From: Neoechinorhynchus agilis | Taxonomy: Eukaryota > Animalia > Acanthocephala | Assembly (NCBI GenBank): GCA_051530055.1 | Contig: CM121342.1 | Location: 6,988,864-7,052,863 of the forward strand | Reading direction: 5' to 3' | Length of the DNA stretch: 64,000 bases | In this document: positions 26,901 through 39,381 of the stretch, in pieces | Position numbering within the stretch: position 1 is the stretch's first letter | Layout: every line of letters begins with the position of its first letter | Position numbers and translations under genes: made by a program | Notes under the pieces: model-generated | The model's input: only the letters and a program-made list of their open reading frames with translations | Told to the model about the DNA's origin: nothing | Database searches by the model: none

Positions 26901-28104
26901 GGGTGTTTCTTAAAGTTAAATACAATGGAACCATCGATAATCCTAAACGTTAATTTTATCCCGATTGCTGTTCGTTTCGTTGCTAGAAGAAGATCAAATA
27001 AGTGATTATTTTCCGACCGAAAAGCTCTCGCCCGAATTTTAAGAACTTTGATATTTATAGTCGATTTAAAAAACTTAATACACATCACATTGGGGGTTTT
27101 GGGTTATTCTAAACAGATTTCGTATCCGAGTGATGTCCGATCTCAATTTGCTCCCACATAAACGTCGTTCTGCTTTATTTAATTTTTAGAACAAAAATCT
27201 CCATCTAAGATTTTTATAATGAAATGTTTTCCGATCTTGTCAAAGAAAACGACTTTATAGGGTTTTTTGGGGGGTGTTTCTTAAATTATCGATAATCCAA
27301 AACTAACTCAACTTTAGTTGCTAGAAGAAGATCAAATATCCGACTAAAAAGCTAAAATTATGTAATTATGCGCTAATTTTCATGTTTAGTTAAAAAACCT
27401 GGCGACATTCTTTAATTCCACAAAATAGGACTTCTAGATAATAAACATTTTAATTTAAAATATAAAATCACGAACCACTTTATAGAGCAGTCTACAGCGT
27501 TCGTCTAAGTCGCCTAAGCAAAAGTTCCAAAATTCGTGCGGCAACTTTGCCTCAGCGAGTAGAAGTCAATGGTTGGACCGTTTTAAGAACAAAACTTTAT
27601 CATGAAGAGAGCGCTGATTTAATTCTCAAATCTGTTTCTGTATTAAGTTCAGCTTCTATAACCGCTGGTCTTAATATTGGCTGTTTCGGTATATTTACAA
27701 CGGAAGAGGAGGTGAATGCTGAAGTGGAAATCGATAAATACAGAACATTGCATCTAAACGGATTTTTTCTTGTTCAACTTTCGTTCAAACCGTCCATTGA
27801 ATGTTTCATTGCAAATGTGTACTCGATCGATTCTAATGGTCTAGGCGAATGGATGGGCGCTACTGCCGATGATTTATTTTTTGCTGTTTTTGAGATCGTT
27901 GATTCCGATGAGATTTATTTTATTGATTTCTATGCTAGAAAATGGCCATTAGAAATTTGCTGTCGTATTGATCAAAGGAAATGCGTTAAAATAAAGTTGG
28001 AAGGTGCACGGATAAAGGCCTCTTTAAAGGAGTTTGATAAAATTGATAATATTGGCGAACTGTTCGCTCAACTGGTGCAAATTGATTGGACGAACGTTGA
28101 TTAG
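23965..28104 (+). CDS. ENGASE: Cytosolic endo-beta-N-acetylglucosaminidase (GH85). Exons 23965-24555 (or 24578), 24722 (or 24715)-25508, about 27560/27563-28104
   Basis: CHDMKGGY, NWECIDYFVYFSH, CHANGIPILGTIITE, GFDGYLLNFEN, VIWYDS, FFTNYNW, VFMGVDVFGRG, ALFAPGWVME. Third exon (VNGWTVLRTKL, NVYSIDSNGLGEWMGAT) resembles the ENGase C-terminal beta domain and joins in phase 1; it is less certain than exons 1-2. Confidence 0.88.
24562..24719. mobile_element. Old TIR element (158 bp) forming ENGase intron 1
   Basis: 28-bp imperfect TIR (19/28) caattatgtgcattcgcgttgctgggaa / ttcatagcattgtgaatgttcagaatgg; flanking 8-mers atgaagat / aggaaaac (5/8). Confidence 0.55.
25930..27370. repeat. Tandem array, about 340-370 bp unit, about 4 copies, inside the inferred ENGase intron 2
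   Basis: aaataagtgattattttccgacc at about 25931, 26270, 26624 and 26996. Confidence 0.95.
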
Positions 28105-29104
28105 ACAAGTAGAAGTGGCGATGATCATGTAGCCACGTAACAAAAAATTAATTTAGTTTTTTCGAATAGATATTACACTTAAGGTTTTGTGTGTAAAAAA
28201 TTAAAATAATCATTATTTTTAGCAATCATAATGAAGTTTTGCAACTTGGCGTCGGTGGTCATCGTTTATGCCACGATCCAATAGCACAAAACAAAAAACT
28301 ACCTTTTGAAAATTTTAGTATTTTTGCTCTTGCAATATTTACAGAAACGATATCGTATTTTAAAATAAAGACATAATCGAATTCCAAACGACGATTATGT
28401 CATTCGAATTATTCAACAAACTCCAGCCTTGCATTCGTCAGATCGATTGGTTTATGGATAAAAGATTCGAACGAAATTATTTCGCATTTCTTTTATATTC
28501 CCTTTCTGAATCTCCGATAAAAATAGAACTATTTTCCAAGGTTAAAAATTATGTGGTTCTTAGACGAGAGAGAGTTCTTTAATGTAGAGCGACGGGTTTA
28601 GGCATTTGTAATCGGATTTTTATGAATAAAAAAACAAATTAGCAGTCTCGATAAAACGTTTTTACTTTTTTAAATCTACCCTGACATTATTTATAAAAAT
28701 CTTGGAGGAAAACTGTCCTCAATTGTCACCCGAATGCTTGCAGTGTTGCCTCTCAACACGGCGATGCTGATATTTTGAACCGTTTATAACCTGAAGACGT
28801 CGCTTCAGATCCTTCAGGAGTGTAAGAGCCTCGCTACCAAGAGATCCGTAAATGGGTCCGGGCTAAATCTAGGTATTTCGCCGTTTTCCGTCCTTGCGCA
28901 GCGCTCGCTGCACCTCCAGCTTGAAGCTAAAATTAAACAATAAAACACGTTTTTTCCTAAAAAAATTCAACAAAACGAGTTCGAAAAACATTTACTCCAT
29001 TGGTATGTACCACTCAGCTGCCGTTTTAGTGTAATGGTCGAAAAGACGGATTTAGCGTCCCCAAGCCCTCGGATCATCAATGTTTCGTCTAAATCTCTTG
29101 GACA

Positions 29105-29450
29105 ATAATAACGCGTTTTATTGAAGCCGAAACAATAGAACCCTTTGGATCCTCTTAAGCACTCGAGTTCTGATTTCTTTTAATGAATGTGTTGATTTTG
29201 GAGTCTATAACAGGCCCGGTCGGGCCGGGGAAATATCTAATCAGGTTAGGAAGGTTGAAAATACAAAGAAAGGTTTGGGAGGACCCATGTACTTTGGGTC
29301 CTCATCCGTTAATATGGGAATATCCAGTCGAGAGATGTCCGTTCGGGAGGTAATATCTGATCGGAGGGATGTCTATTCGGCTAGGAACTATCCAGTCGGG
29401 GACGGTTCGTTCGGGTGAGAATGTGTCCGTTCGATTGAGAACTCTGATCT
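29105..29450 (+). repeat. Degenerate monomer of the 13.3-15.7 kb satellite plus about 33-bp degenerate subrepeats
   Basis: aataataacgcgttttatt, ctttggatcctcttaagcactcgagttctgatt and repeated gtccgttcggg motifs. Confidence 0.55.
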
Positions 29451-29570
29451 CGAAATTGCGTCAAAGTTTTTGTAGCTAAAAAAAGAATTGACGTCATCAT
29501 CAATTTAAAGCTGGAAGAAATCAATTAAGTTTAAATGCCGAAACATTTTACACTATCAATAATTGTAGAT

Positions 29571-30028
29571 AGATTTTCCCAAAACGTTCCCGAGTACGAT
29601 GTTTTTTATTTTGTCCGAATTTTCGCCGCTTCACGGCTTTTTCGGGGACTTTCTCGCTCTGAAAGGTCAGAAAAGGGATAAACTGTCTGACAATTCATCC
29701 TTCCGATTGAGTAACCCATCAGTTGGTCCTCCACGACCCTGCTACTCCACGGCCAATAAGCAGAGCTTCGGCAATGCAAAAGGTCTACAAGATCAAGGCT
29801 GGGCTAACATTATTGTGGTGGTGGTGGTTAGCAAAATGGGTGGCCAACGGTGTTGACGCGTACGACGGTGCGTGCGGGTTTTATTGGTCACTCAATCGGA
29901 AGGATGAATTGTCAGACAGTTTATCACTTTTCTGACCTTTCAGAGCGAGAAAGAGTCCCCGAAGAAGCCGTGAAGCGGCGAATATTCGGACAAAATAAAA
30001 CATCGTAAACGTTTTTGGGGAAAATCTA
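29571..30028. mobile_element. MITE with about 145-bp terminal inverted repeats and a GC-rich core of about 170 bp; possible TA TSD
   Basis: agattttcccaaaacg...tcagaaaagggataaactgtctgacaattcatcc (29571-29718) mirrors ggatgaattgtcagacagtttatcacttttctga...ggggaaaatct (29889-30028). Confidence 0.9.
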
Positions 30029-30356
30029 TACTAAACAATGCGAGTACGCAACAAAGATGTCTTTCATCAATTACTACCAATTTTACAGCTATGATTTTTT
30101 ACGTGGCTTATTTCTTGTTATTTTACCTTAAAAGGAGATGCTTGGCTAAGTCTTTTCGGTTAACAATTATAGCCTTATTTTTGGCCAATCAAAATTCAAG
30201 CAGATGCCATCTGGAAATTGATAAACCAATGAGATCATTGAGCAATAACCAATATTATTTTAAGTAATTTTTTAACGGTGAGAGAATAAGGAGTGGATTT
30301 ATTGTTTCGACCGTTTTTTGAACTCACGAAAATTCGGCTATCATCTTAGTTAATCA

Positions 30357-31486
30357 ATGGTAACATTTAAGATGTCTGACGAAAAGATTATTGCTTTAAT
30401 TAAACAAATGGTCTCAGCCAACAAATCAATTCGCCATAGTGCAGTATTTGAACTCGGTCGATTGATTTCAAATCAAAAATCGTTTTCTAACGAGCAATAC
30501 ACGATAATGTGGAAGGGTTTGTACGAATGCTATTGGATGTGCGATAAAATGATTTCTCAAGAAGATCTTTGTGAACGAATATGTGATCTTTGCTTTAAGT
30601 TGTCCAATTTTAAGGAATCATCTTTTTTTATAGAGTCCGGATTTCAAAAAGTAATATCATCATGGACTCTGATTGATCGATGGCGAACCAGTAAGTTTAT
30701 GATGTTACTAAGAACGCTTTTATCCCGATATTTTCAACTCTTACACCGCCACGAATGGTCCAAAGTGTCCTTAAAGGCATTTGTGAAGTTTATGAGTACA
30801 AACGTGATTGTTGACGATTTGGATCGTTGCCCTAGGGACGTTGTTTTCTATTTAATATCGATCTATATCGATGAAATCTGTGAGAATTGACGACTATTAT
30901 ACCTGGATGCTCTTTTCGATAGCAACAAAATAGTCGACAATTATTTAAAGCCGTTCCAAATGGAAAAATAGTTAAAGTTGGACCACGTCTATTGAGACCT
31001 TTTGCCGTGTTGATGGCAACGTCTTCTAGTCGACAACTCGTCTATACGGTTCGTGATGAAGTGTTTTATGCTCTATTGGAGAACACCGATGAACCAGTAG
31101 AGGAAAACATGGAAGATATTGCTCGTATTGGAGGATTTAAGCTATCTCGTAAAGAACAAGAAATTTGTTCAATTCGAACAGAAAACGAGAATTGTAGTGG
31201 AGCAATAAAAGTCGCTTATAAAACAATAGGAAATAGATTGATTAAATATGGTTCAAAGAAAGATTGTCGTCAAATGAATCGCAATGTCTTGTATGATGCC
31301 GGAAAGAGATTTGTAAAGTATGCCAAAACTGGAGAGTATGCGTTTAATGACGAAGTACAATGGTTCGGCCAGTTAGCTAAAATTGAAATGCCCAGAAAGT
31401 TGAAGATTAAGAACCAACTTAGGAGCATTAACAGTCTGAAAAAGAGATTGAAAGAAGTCCAGGCAAAGTCAAAACGAGTGCGATAA
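30357..31486 (+). CDS. RRP1: rRNA processing protein RRP1/Nop52. Exons 30357-30879 and 30951-31486
   Basis: MWKGLYECYWMCDK, QEDL, IDRWRTSKFMMLLR, IYIDEI, LRPFAVL; gtgaga..taaag intron in phase 1. Confidence 0.9.
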
Positions 31487-31719
31487 AAAACAGGAAATTT
31501 TAACATAAAAACATGAAGCCGTTAAAGTTTGATTTATTTTCTCGCTTTTGGGTGATTTGCTGTTTATTATTCAAAACTTAATGACATTTTTGTGTCATCC
31601 AATCAGCAATGCAGCTTTTTTTTTAATTTAACGTCTTTTGCTGTATAAAAGGCTGGGTTCTATATTTCAATTTTTGTTAGAAACTGATTTTAAGGCAATA
31701 AAATGCAAAAGAGTTTCAG

Positions 31720-33790
31720 CACCTTTCAAAAAAAAAGAAAATTTTACTTTTATATGCTAAAGGAGATTTATTTTATTTTGATTCGACGAAAATCATTGTA
31801 AACCTTTCAAAAAAAGAAAATTCTACTTTTCTGTGATTTCTTAGTGTTTTTCTTCTGAAAGAGAAGTTTTTTATTCTTTATCTGAAGAGATTTGTTAAGA
31901 TTGGTTCACCATAAATCATTCCAAATCTTTCAAAAAAAAGAAAATTCTACTTTTCTGTTATTTCTTAGTGTTTTTCTTCTGAAAGAGAAGTTTTTTATTC
32001 TTTATCTGAAGAGATTTGTTAAGATTGGTTCACCATAAATCATTCCAAATCTTTCAAAAAAAAAGAAAATTCTACTTTTCTGTTATTTCTTAGTGTTTTT
32101 TTTCTGAAAGAGAGGTTTTATTCTTTACCTAAGGAGATTTATTTTATTTTGATTCGACGAAAATTATTCCAAATTTTTCAAAAAAAGAAAATTTTACTTT
32201 TATATGCTCAAGGAGATTTATTTTATTTGGATTCGACGAAAATCATTCCAAGTCTTTCAAAAAAGAAAATTCTACTTTTCTGCGGTTTCTTAGTGTGTTT
32301 TTTTCTGAAAGAGAAGTTTTATTCTTTACCTAAGGAGATTTATTTTATTTTGATTCGACGAAAATGATTCCAAATTTTTCAAATTTTTTTTTACTTTTAT
32401 ATGCTCAAGGAGATTTATTTTATTTTGATTCGACGAAAATCATTCCAAGTCTTTCAAAAAAAGAAAATTCTACTCTTCTGTGATTTCTTAGTGTTTTTCT
32501 TCTGAAAGAGAAGTTTTATTCTTTACCTAAGGAGATTTATTTTATTTTGATTCGACGAAAATGATTCGAAATCTTTCAAAATTTTTTTTACTTTTATATG
32601 CTCAAGGAGATTTATTTTATTTTGATTCGACGAAAATCATTGTAAACCTTTCAAAAAAAGAAAATTCTACTTTTCTGTGATTTCTTAGTGTTTTTCTTCT
32701 GAAAGAGAAGTTTTTTATTCTTTATCTGAAGATATTTGTTAAGATTGGTTCACCATAAATCATTCCAAATCTTTCAAAAAAAGAAAATTCTACTTTTCTG
32801 TTATTTCTTAGTGTTTTTTTCTGAAAGAGAGGTTTTATTCTTTACCTAAGGAGATTTATTTTATTTTGATTCGACGAAAATTATTCCAAATTTTTCAAAA
32901 AAATAAAATTTTACTTTTATATGCTCAAGGAGATTTATTTTATTTGGATTCGACGAAAATCATTCCAAGTCTTTCAAAAAAGAAAATTCTACTTTTCTGC
33001 GGTTTCTTAGTGTTTTTTTTTCTGAAAGAGAAGTTTTATTCTTTGCCTAAGGAGATTTATTTTATTTTGATTCGACGAAAATGATTCGAAATCTTTCAAA
33101 AAAATTTTTACTTTTATATGCTTAAGGAGATTTATTTTATTTGGATTCGACGAAAATCATTCCAAGTCTTTCAAAAAAGAAAATTCTACTTTTCTGCGGT
33201 TTCTTAGTGTGTTTTTTCTGAAAGAGAAGTTTTATTCTTTACCTAAGGAGATTTATTTTATTTTGATTGGACGAAAATCATTCCAAATCTTTAAAAAAAA
33301 AAGAAAATTCTACTTTTATATGCTCAAGGAGATTTATTTTATTTTGATTCGACGAAAATCATTGTAAACCTTTCAAAAAAAAAGAAAATTCTACTTTTCT
33401 GTGATTTCTTAGTGTTTTTCTTCTGAAAGAGCAGTTTTTTATTCTTTATCTGAAGAGATTTGTTAAGATTGGTTCACCATAAATCATTCCAAATCTTTCA
33501 AAAAAAGAAAATTCTACTTTTCTGTGATTTCTTAGTGTTTTTTTTCTGAACGAGAGGTTTTATTCTTTATCTGAAGAGATTTATTTTATTTTGATTCGAC
33601 GAAAATTATTCCAAATTTTTCAAAAAAAAAGAAAATTCTACTTTTCTATGATTTCTTAGTGTTTTTCTTCTGAAAGAGAAGTTTTATTCTTTATCTGAAG
33701 AGATTTATTTTATTTGGATTCGACGAAAATGATTCCAAATCTTAAAAAAAAAGAAAATTCTACTTTTCTATGATTTCTTAGTCTTTCTCT
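31720..33790. repeat. AT-rich complex array of about 70 and 120 bp subunits with a 717-bp higher-order period
   Basis: ggagatttattttattttgattcgacgaaaat recurs; near-identical ORF-track blocks at 32149 and 32866. Confidence 0.95.
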
Positions 33791-33840
33791 TATAAAGGGA
33801 AAGTCTTATTATTTACACGAAGAAAAGTTTTTTCCGATAG

Positions 33841-36800
33841 ATGGACACTAAAACCTTGGTGTGTGTTTTTTTGACTCTCAAATTTGAAAACTCATCGTGT
33901 CTTTTCGGAAAAGCTTCTCAGATGTCCCATTTCATCACTACTCCAATTTTCTACGTTAATTCTCGTCCACATATTGGACACATCTTTACTGCTGTTTGGG
34001 CGGACGTTTCCAATCGCTGGTCACGTTTAAATAATCGCTCGACTGTGTTCAGTACCGGAACCGACGAACATGGTACCAAGGTTAATTCAGCCGCGTTACG
34101 GTCAAATGTCCAAGTTGGTGAGTACTGTGACCGCATCTCTACTGAGTTTCGGCATTTGTTCGATACATTCAAAGTGGATTATACCCATTTCGTCCGGACT
34201 ACTGATCTGTCACACCAAAGAGCCGTTCAAAGTGTTTGGAATGCTCTTGAAAGCAACTCATTGATTGAAAGCGGACAATATTCTGGTTGGTATAGTGAAA
34301 CGGACGAATGCTTCTATGGAAACAAAGAAATCGAGTTGGTCAGTGGAGACAGAGCAATATCTTTAACGACAAAATCCGAATGTAGGTTTGTTACGGAACG
34401 TAATTACATGTTTAGAATTGCGGATGTTGCCCATAAAGTTATTCGGTGGTTAGAGAATGAAAAACCCATTCGTCCTGGACGGTACTGTTCGGAAATGATT
34501 GGATTTTTAAAGAGAAACACTAAATCAGTTTCAATATCCAGACAACGCGATAGGTGTCCATGGGGTATCGCAGTTCCTAATGATAAAGAACAAATCATCT
34601 ATGTATGGATGGATGCTTTATTCAATTTCTCGTTTGGTCTACGTTTTACGAGAAATGATATTTTAATCAATTATCTAACCGTTGCTGGTTACCCAGACAA
34701 ACTCAATTGTTGGCCTCCTGATGTTCAATTTGTAGGTAAGGATATAATTCGGTTCCACAGTATTTTATGGCCATCAATTTTATTTGCGATTGGTCTTGAT
34801 CCTCCTAAACAAATCATATGCCATGGTCATTTTCTAATGGAAGGAATGAAAATGTCTAAAAGCCTCGGTAATGTAGTTATACCATCGGAAGGTTTACTTA
34901 AATTCACACTTGATGGTTTTCGATATGCTTTAATAAGATGTGGCCCAAAAGAAGATGATTCGAATTTCTATGAAAAGAGTTTCTATGAGCTTATAAATGC
35001 CGAACTCTGTAATACCTACGCTAATTTATTATCGCGGTGCTGCTCAAATATTGTGAATCCGGAAATGATTATGTATCCCTGTGAAGAGGGAGACAATGCG
35101 TTAAGTGAAATGAAAGCTATAACTATTCAGAAAGTCCGTTCGCTTTATGATGCTTTTGATTTTCAAAATGGAGCTGTTGCTATTATGGCATACGATGTGG
35201 TTCTGGCACAAAATAACATTTTTCTTCTCAACAAAATTGTTTTATCCAAGTTTAAAACCTTTTTCTTAAATAACATAGCGCTCAAAATTCCAATGGGAAC
35301 GCCGAAACTTCTTTATACTCCATTGCCTCAAAGATCACAGTTTCGCTTTATGATTCTCTGAAAAAAAATATTTTAAAAAGTTTAGCAACCGTAGCGGCCG
35401 AAGGTCGTCAAAGTCCAATCCGGCACAAATTTGTTAGGCATTAAAATACTTAGTGTTTCTCACTACGGGAAAGCGCGGTTGGATTTTGTTTGCTTAGGAA
35501 ATGCATCATTTCCACGTTTTTTCTTCTTATCGATATTTAAGAATTTCTTCTTTAAGAGTATGCGAATTTAATTTTAGAGCAATATATCGTTTACTGGCAA
35601 CTTTTCGTGGCCCTCAAAGTTCTTATGGATGTCAAAAAATTTCGCCGATCTTATTGAACAAAAACAACAGAGCTTAATGCACATTCCAATTTATATTTCA
35701 CTCAGTACGTATGGCAGTCAAACGAGCCTCATCCTAAGTCTAATCGTTGGTTCTAAATATATTTTGTGGCTGAGAGCAATCGGTAGGAAGTGGACTACTT
35801 TTCTCAATATGTTCCACCGCCTCCTGTACGGTCAAAAATGCAAAAAGTTCGTCAAAGTCTTCGAAAAATCCGGTCTTGTTCGCAGTCTTCAATAATTGCT
35901 CTGTTAACGCATAAAGAAAAGGGGAGTAGAATGGTGAAACGGACGAACCTCGCAATTCACACAGCATTAGTCGCGTCCCATGAGCCTCAGCGATCTCATC
36001 TATCCATCTCTTTCAGAATTCTTTAACAAACAAAAATTCGTCGGCACCAATCGTCTCAATAGCCATAGAGGTTTTTAAAATGTAGAGTGATAGATCGAGG
36101 AATTTGTATTTCTCTCTTTTTCGCCACTTCACCGGCTGCTCCTAAAACTGCAAGGAACAAGTTGCTCTTAGCAATCTTATTTTGTGCATGTGAAGTCCAA
36201 AGGAGAAGGCATCTTTCCCACGGAACTGTTGATGTTCTGCTCGGTTCTTTTCCGCCATCTTTGTTTAAATCGACCTCCTCAATGCCGATGCTAAATCCTT
36301 GCGTTTTAGAGTATTCACCACGCTGTGGCTATCGTTTTGGGACGATCGACCCCCTTGGGTTTATGTGCAATTTCGCTTAAAGAAAATTGGTGTTTTTTCG
36401 ATTCGCTTTTATTCATGAAATTATTTTACAATTCGTAGGGGTTTTCTGTATCTAAAAGTGCATTAGCATCATTAATGAAATTATAAGCCTAATCCCAAAA
36501 AATCACTCTTCGAAATGAGAGATTATTCGCCAAATTGTGTGATTCTCTTAAAGCGAAAAATATACTTCCTCATATTCTTTTCCTAGACTTTTTTTTGGTT
36601 GAATGGAACCACAGTCCATTTCAGAGTTTGGTATTATTCGACTGTAAAAGTCAATACGAACTGCGTTTTTTTTGTTTGATCGTAATCCACATAATTAACT
36701 CGTATCGCTTTCACTACCCGTCAATTTTCTATCTTTAATAATTGTCAGAAACATTTCAAGTTTATTTAAGATGTGCAAATAAACACTTTCAGGAATCCAG

Positions 36801-37038
36801 TATATGGAAGAGAGGAATTGACGAATCGTTTCGAACAAAAGTGATTGCAGAATGCCTTGATGCTGTTCGAATTTCATCAATCTTGCTTCAACCCATAATT
36901 CCTCAGCTTTCCTTCCGTGTGCTAAATAGTCTAGGACTCAAAGATATACACTTTCAATCGAATGGAAGTATTCCCCGCTTAGACGCTCCCATCAATATTG
37001 CCTATAAACATCCCGTTTTCAATCGTTTAAAGCCTTGA
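33841..37038 (+). CDS. MARS2: Mitochondrial methionyl-tRNA synthetase. Probable intron 33859-33921, unexplained 45-nt insert 34621-34665, large insert about 35189-36760
   Basis: FITTPIFYVNSRPHIGH (HIGH), GTDEHGTK, YSGWYSETDECFY, WGIAVP, YVWMDAL..NYLT, GKDIIRFH, KMSKSLGN (KMSKS); last exon VRISSILLQPIIP..PVFNRL. Confidence 0.92.
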
Positions 37039-37104
37039 CATTAATAAATACATAATTATTTACGAGATATATTTTTCTCCTTTGAAACTATGTTTTAGAT
37101 ATAC

Positions 37105-37745
37105 ATGAAGTTATTTCTCATGCGATCGCATCAACAACGCCTTCAAGTGAAATTCACCATTCGTCGTCTTCTATCAATCGCTTACATGACCGGAGAGTTC
37201 TTCTTTAAAGTCCGTATCCTCGGTACATCATCTAGTTCCCAACACAACCGTCCTAACCTTAGAAAATTGGCGAAACGTCCAGCATTAGCTAAAGGAAAAC
37301 GTTCAACAACTCGCCATTGCACTTATGTTTCCAATCAGAGGGTTCAAGTAAATAACCACATCGTTATATGGAACGAAGAGGCCGTATTGGATGTAAAGAT
37401 CAAGTCGCAACGCAAAAGACGTTCTGATAAATGGTTAGGTTGTTTTAGAGAAGATTATTCCAAATCGATTCATGGTGGTAGCGAAGACGACACCATGCGT
37501 GAGTCGGAGGTTAAGCTGTGCAATTGTTGGTGTAGAGTCTCTATAAGAACTGTTCCAGATCGAAATCAATCTAAGCCAGAGAAGTATGGATATGTTGATA
37601 TCAACATCGCAGACTATGCCGTGGATAAAGGTGGAACTGTTCAGAAGCAATTCCTTTTACATCATAAAATCTCGATCTCCAAAGGAGACTTGAGTTGAAA
37701 ATCGCTTTGTCTTTAACTGTGCCAGAAATCGAATGTTTTCTATAG
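37105..37745 (+). CDS. EEIG1: NT-C2 domain protein of the EEIG1/FAM102 family; ORF stops at 37698, probable 1-nt deletion near 37666 (corrected end 37745)
   Basis: GEFFFKVRIL, RVQVNNHIVIW, CRVSIR, KYGYVDINIADYA and QFLL match EEIG1; the shifted frame gives KNLDLQRRLELKIAL, similar to KNTRQDNSILKVTI. Confidence 0.8.
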
Positions 37746-38436
37746 AAATGTGGTCAGTTCGTAAAAACACATCCAAATTTTGTTAATTTAATTGCAATTC
37801 CTACCATTATTGTACTGTTGAAATTAGTTTAAACTTGTTTGAACATGGAATTAAAATGTGATTTCGGAGGCACAATCTTGTACGTGTTTATCATCAAAAC
37901 TTAAATGTGCCGAAAGCAGTCGGATATTCATAGAACAACCAGTTTAAGCTTAATAGTTATTTTGAAAGTTACGTCTTTTTATCGAATAAATTTAAGTATT
38001 TTCAACATATTATTTTTGTTCAGTCGAAACTATCAGTTCCCTTGTCAATAATGTACGCATTTTTAGATTTCTTTAAGTAGAAGGAAGTGTTTTTCAAACG
38101 AAACTATAGATCATTGAGGTACAAAAAATTTTAATATTCTAAGTATTTGTCATAATTCTTTTAAGTGAGATTTATTGCAAAAAATCATATGATCTTTTAA
38201 TTTGACAATTTTTTATTAAAAACTTTTTTCGTAGCCGAAAAAATAAACTAATTTATTAAGTGCGATATGAACGTTCAAACTTAAATACTAACAAATCAAC
38301 CTTCATAGATGGAAAAAATTTGTCGAATGAAGAAATAAAATTTATTTAATCGAGAGCTAATCACAAATTTTCTAGTTGATAGAGATTTTTTGTTTTGCAT
38401 GGATACAAGCACCGTCCGGATAACAGTATTCTGGTT

Positions 38437-38727
38437 ATGGATATTGAAGTAATGAATAGCTCTTTTAATAGTGAGCAACAAATTTCTTCATCGACGGAGG
38501 TTAATTTGTGTCCTTCTAGAGAATTGCTTCAACCTCGTAGAAACATGGAAAAGGAGGATGCACTGGACGTTATTAATCTCGGCGAGCATCAATGTATTGA
38601 TGATCATCGATATTTGCGTGGTTTAATAAGTTTTCTTGAAGAAGCTCCTGGACGTAGAGCTCTATGTGAGACTCGAGTGGACGCAAAGGCAGTAGTGGAC
38701 GAAATATGTACGAAGCTTAATATTTAA
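38437..38727 (+). CDS. Unknown small protein (96 aa), convergent with the CBM21 gene
   Basis: Open frame with ordinary composition; stop codon 27 bp from the convergent stop. No homology recognised. Confidence 0.4.
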   Translation: MDIEVMNSSFNSEQQISSSTEVNLCPSRELLQPRRNMEKEDALDVINLGEHQCIDDHRYLRGLISFLEEAPGRRALCETRVDAKAVVDEICTKLNI

Positions 38728-38754
38728 AAAGACGACCGAAATATACAAACAAAC

Positions 38755-39381
38755 TTAGTACAATTTGTATCTTTGGACATGAAAGTTTTGACCTCCATTG
38801 TTATCCCAGTGTTCATCTCCAAAGGATGTAATCATTTTTACAGCAAAGTAGACATCCATTATATCCATATAGGGCGGCATGATAAGATTATAGATGAAAT
38901 AAGACTCATTTGTTTTACTTTGATGGCATGGCTGGTCCATGTAAGTACGCCAATCGTCGTAAGTATATCTGATCAACAGATTAACTTGGCTTCGATCGAA
39001 TTGAGGTGAAACAAAAACATTTCCACTCAATATTCCAGACTGTTCGTCCCCGAATGCGTTTCTTAACACTATGGTTTTTCATGTTTGTGTGTTTTTTCGC
39101 TGAAAACCTTACATGGAACGCCATAGGAGTAGTCGAACTGGAGCCGGACGTTCAGGACAGATTAGTTCTTGTGGTTCCCATCGATAGAAGGCTTGCTTTA
39201 TTTTATCAAGAGATGGCATGAGTGTAGGTTGTGCCATTGAAGATGTAAGAGACGAACTAGAACCGCTTGAAGAAAACCATGTAACCAACTTCTGACCGGC
39301 AGCGTCCGCGAATCGGATATGTCTACCTGGTGTATTATAATGTTTGGTTGTTAAACCACTGTCACTTTCACTCTCCGTCAT
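38755..39381 (-). CDS. Glycogen-targeting PP1 regulatory subunit (PPP1R3 family, CBM21); intron 39062-39112
   Basis: RVxF-type HIRFADAAGQKLV; CBM21 motifs IRYTYDDW, FAVKM, HWDNNGGQNF; gtaagg..ttaag intron in phase 2. Confidence 0.88.

Noticed and set aside
29719-29888. HDV-like ribozyme in the MITE core (gcagagc and ctccac motifs)
   Set aside because: P1 and P2 pairings cannot be built.
30880-30991. Alternative genetic code suggested by in-frame stops between conserved blocks
   Set aside because: The stops fall within introns or insertions, and EDEM2, TRF2 and others translate cleanly with the standard code.
37660-37700. Programmed ribosomal frameshift in EEIG1 and spn-E
   Set aside because: Both are one-base deficits in short A runs, and similar homopolymer indels occur among satellite copies, so consensus error is more likely.
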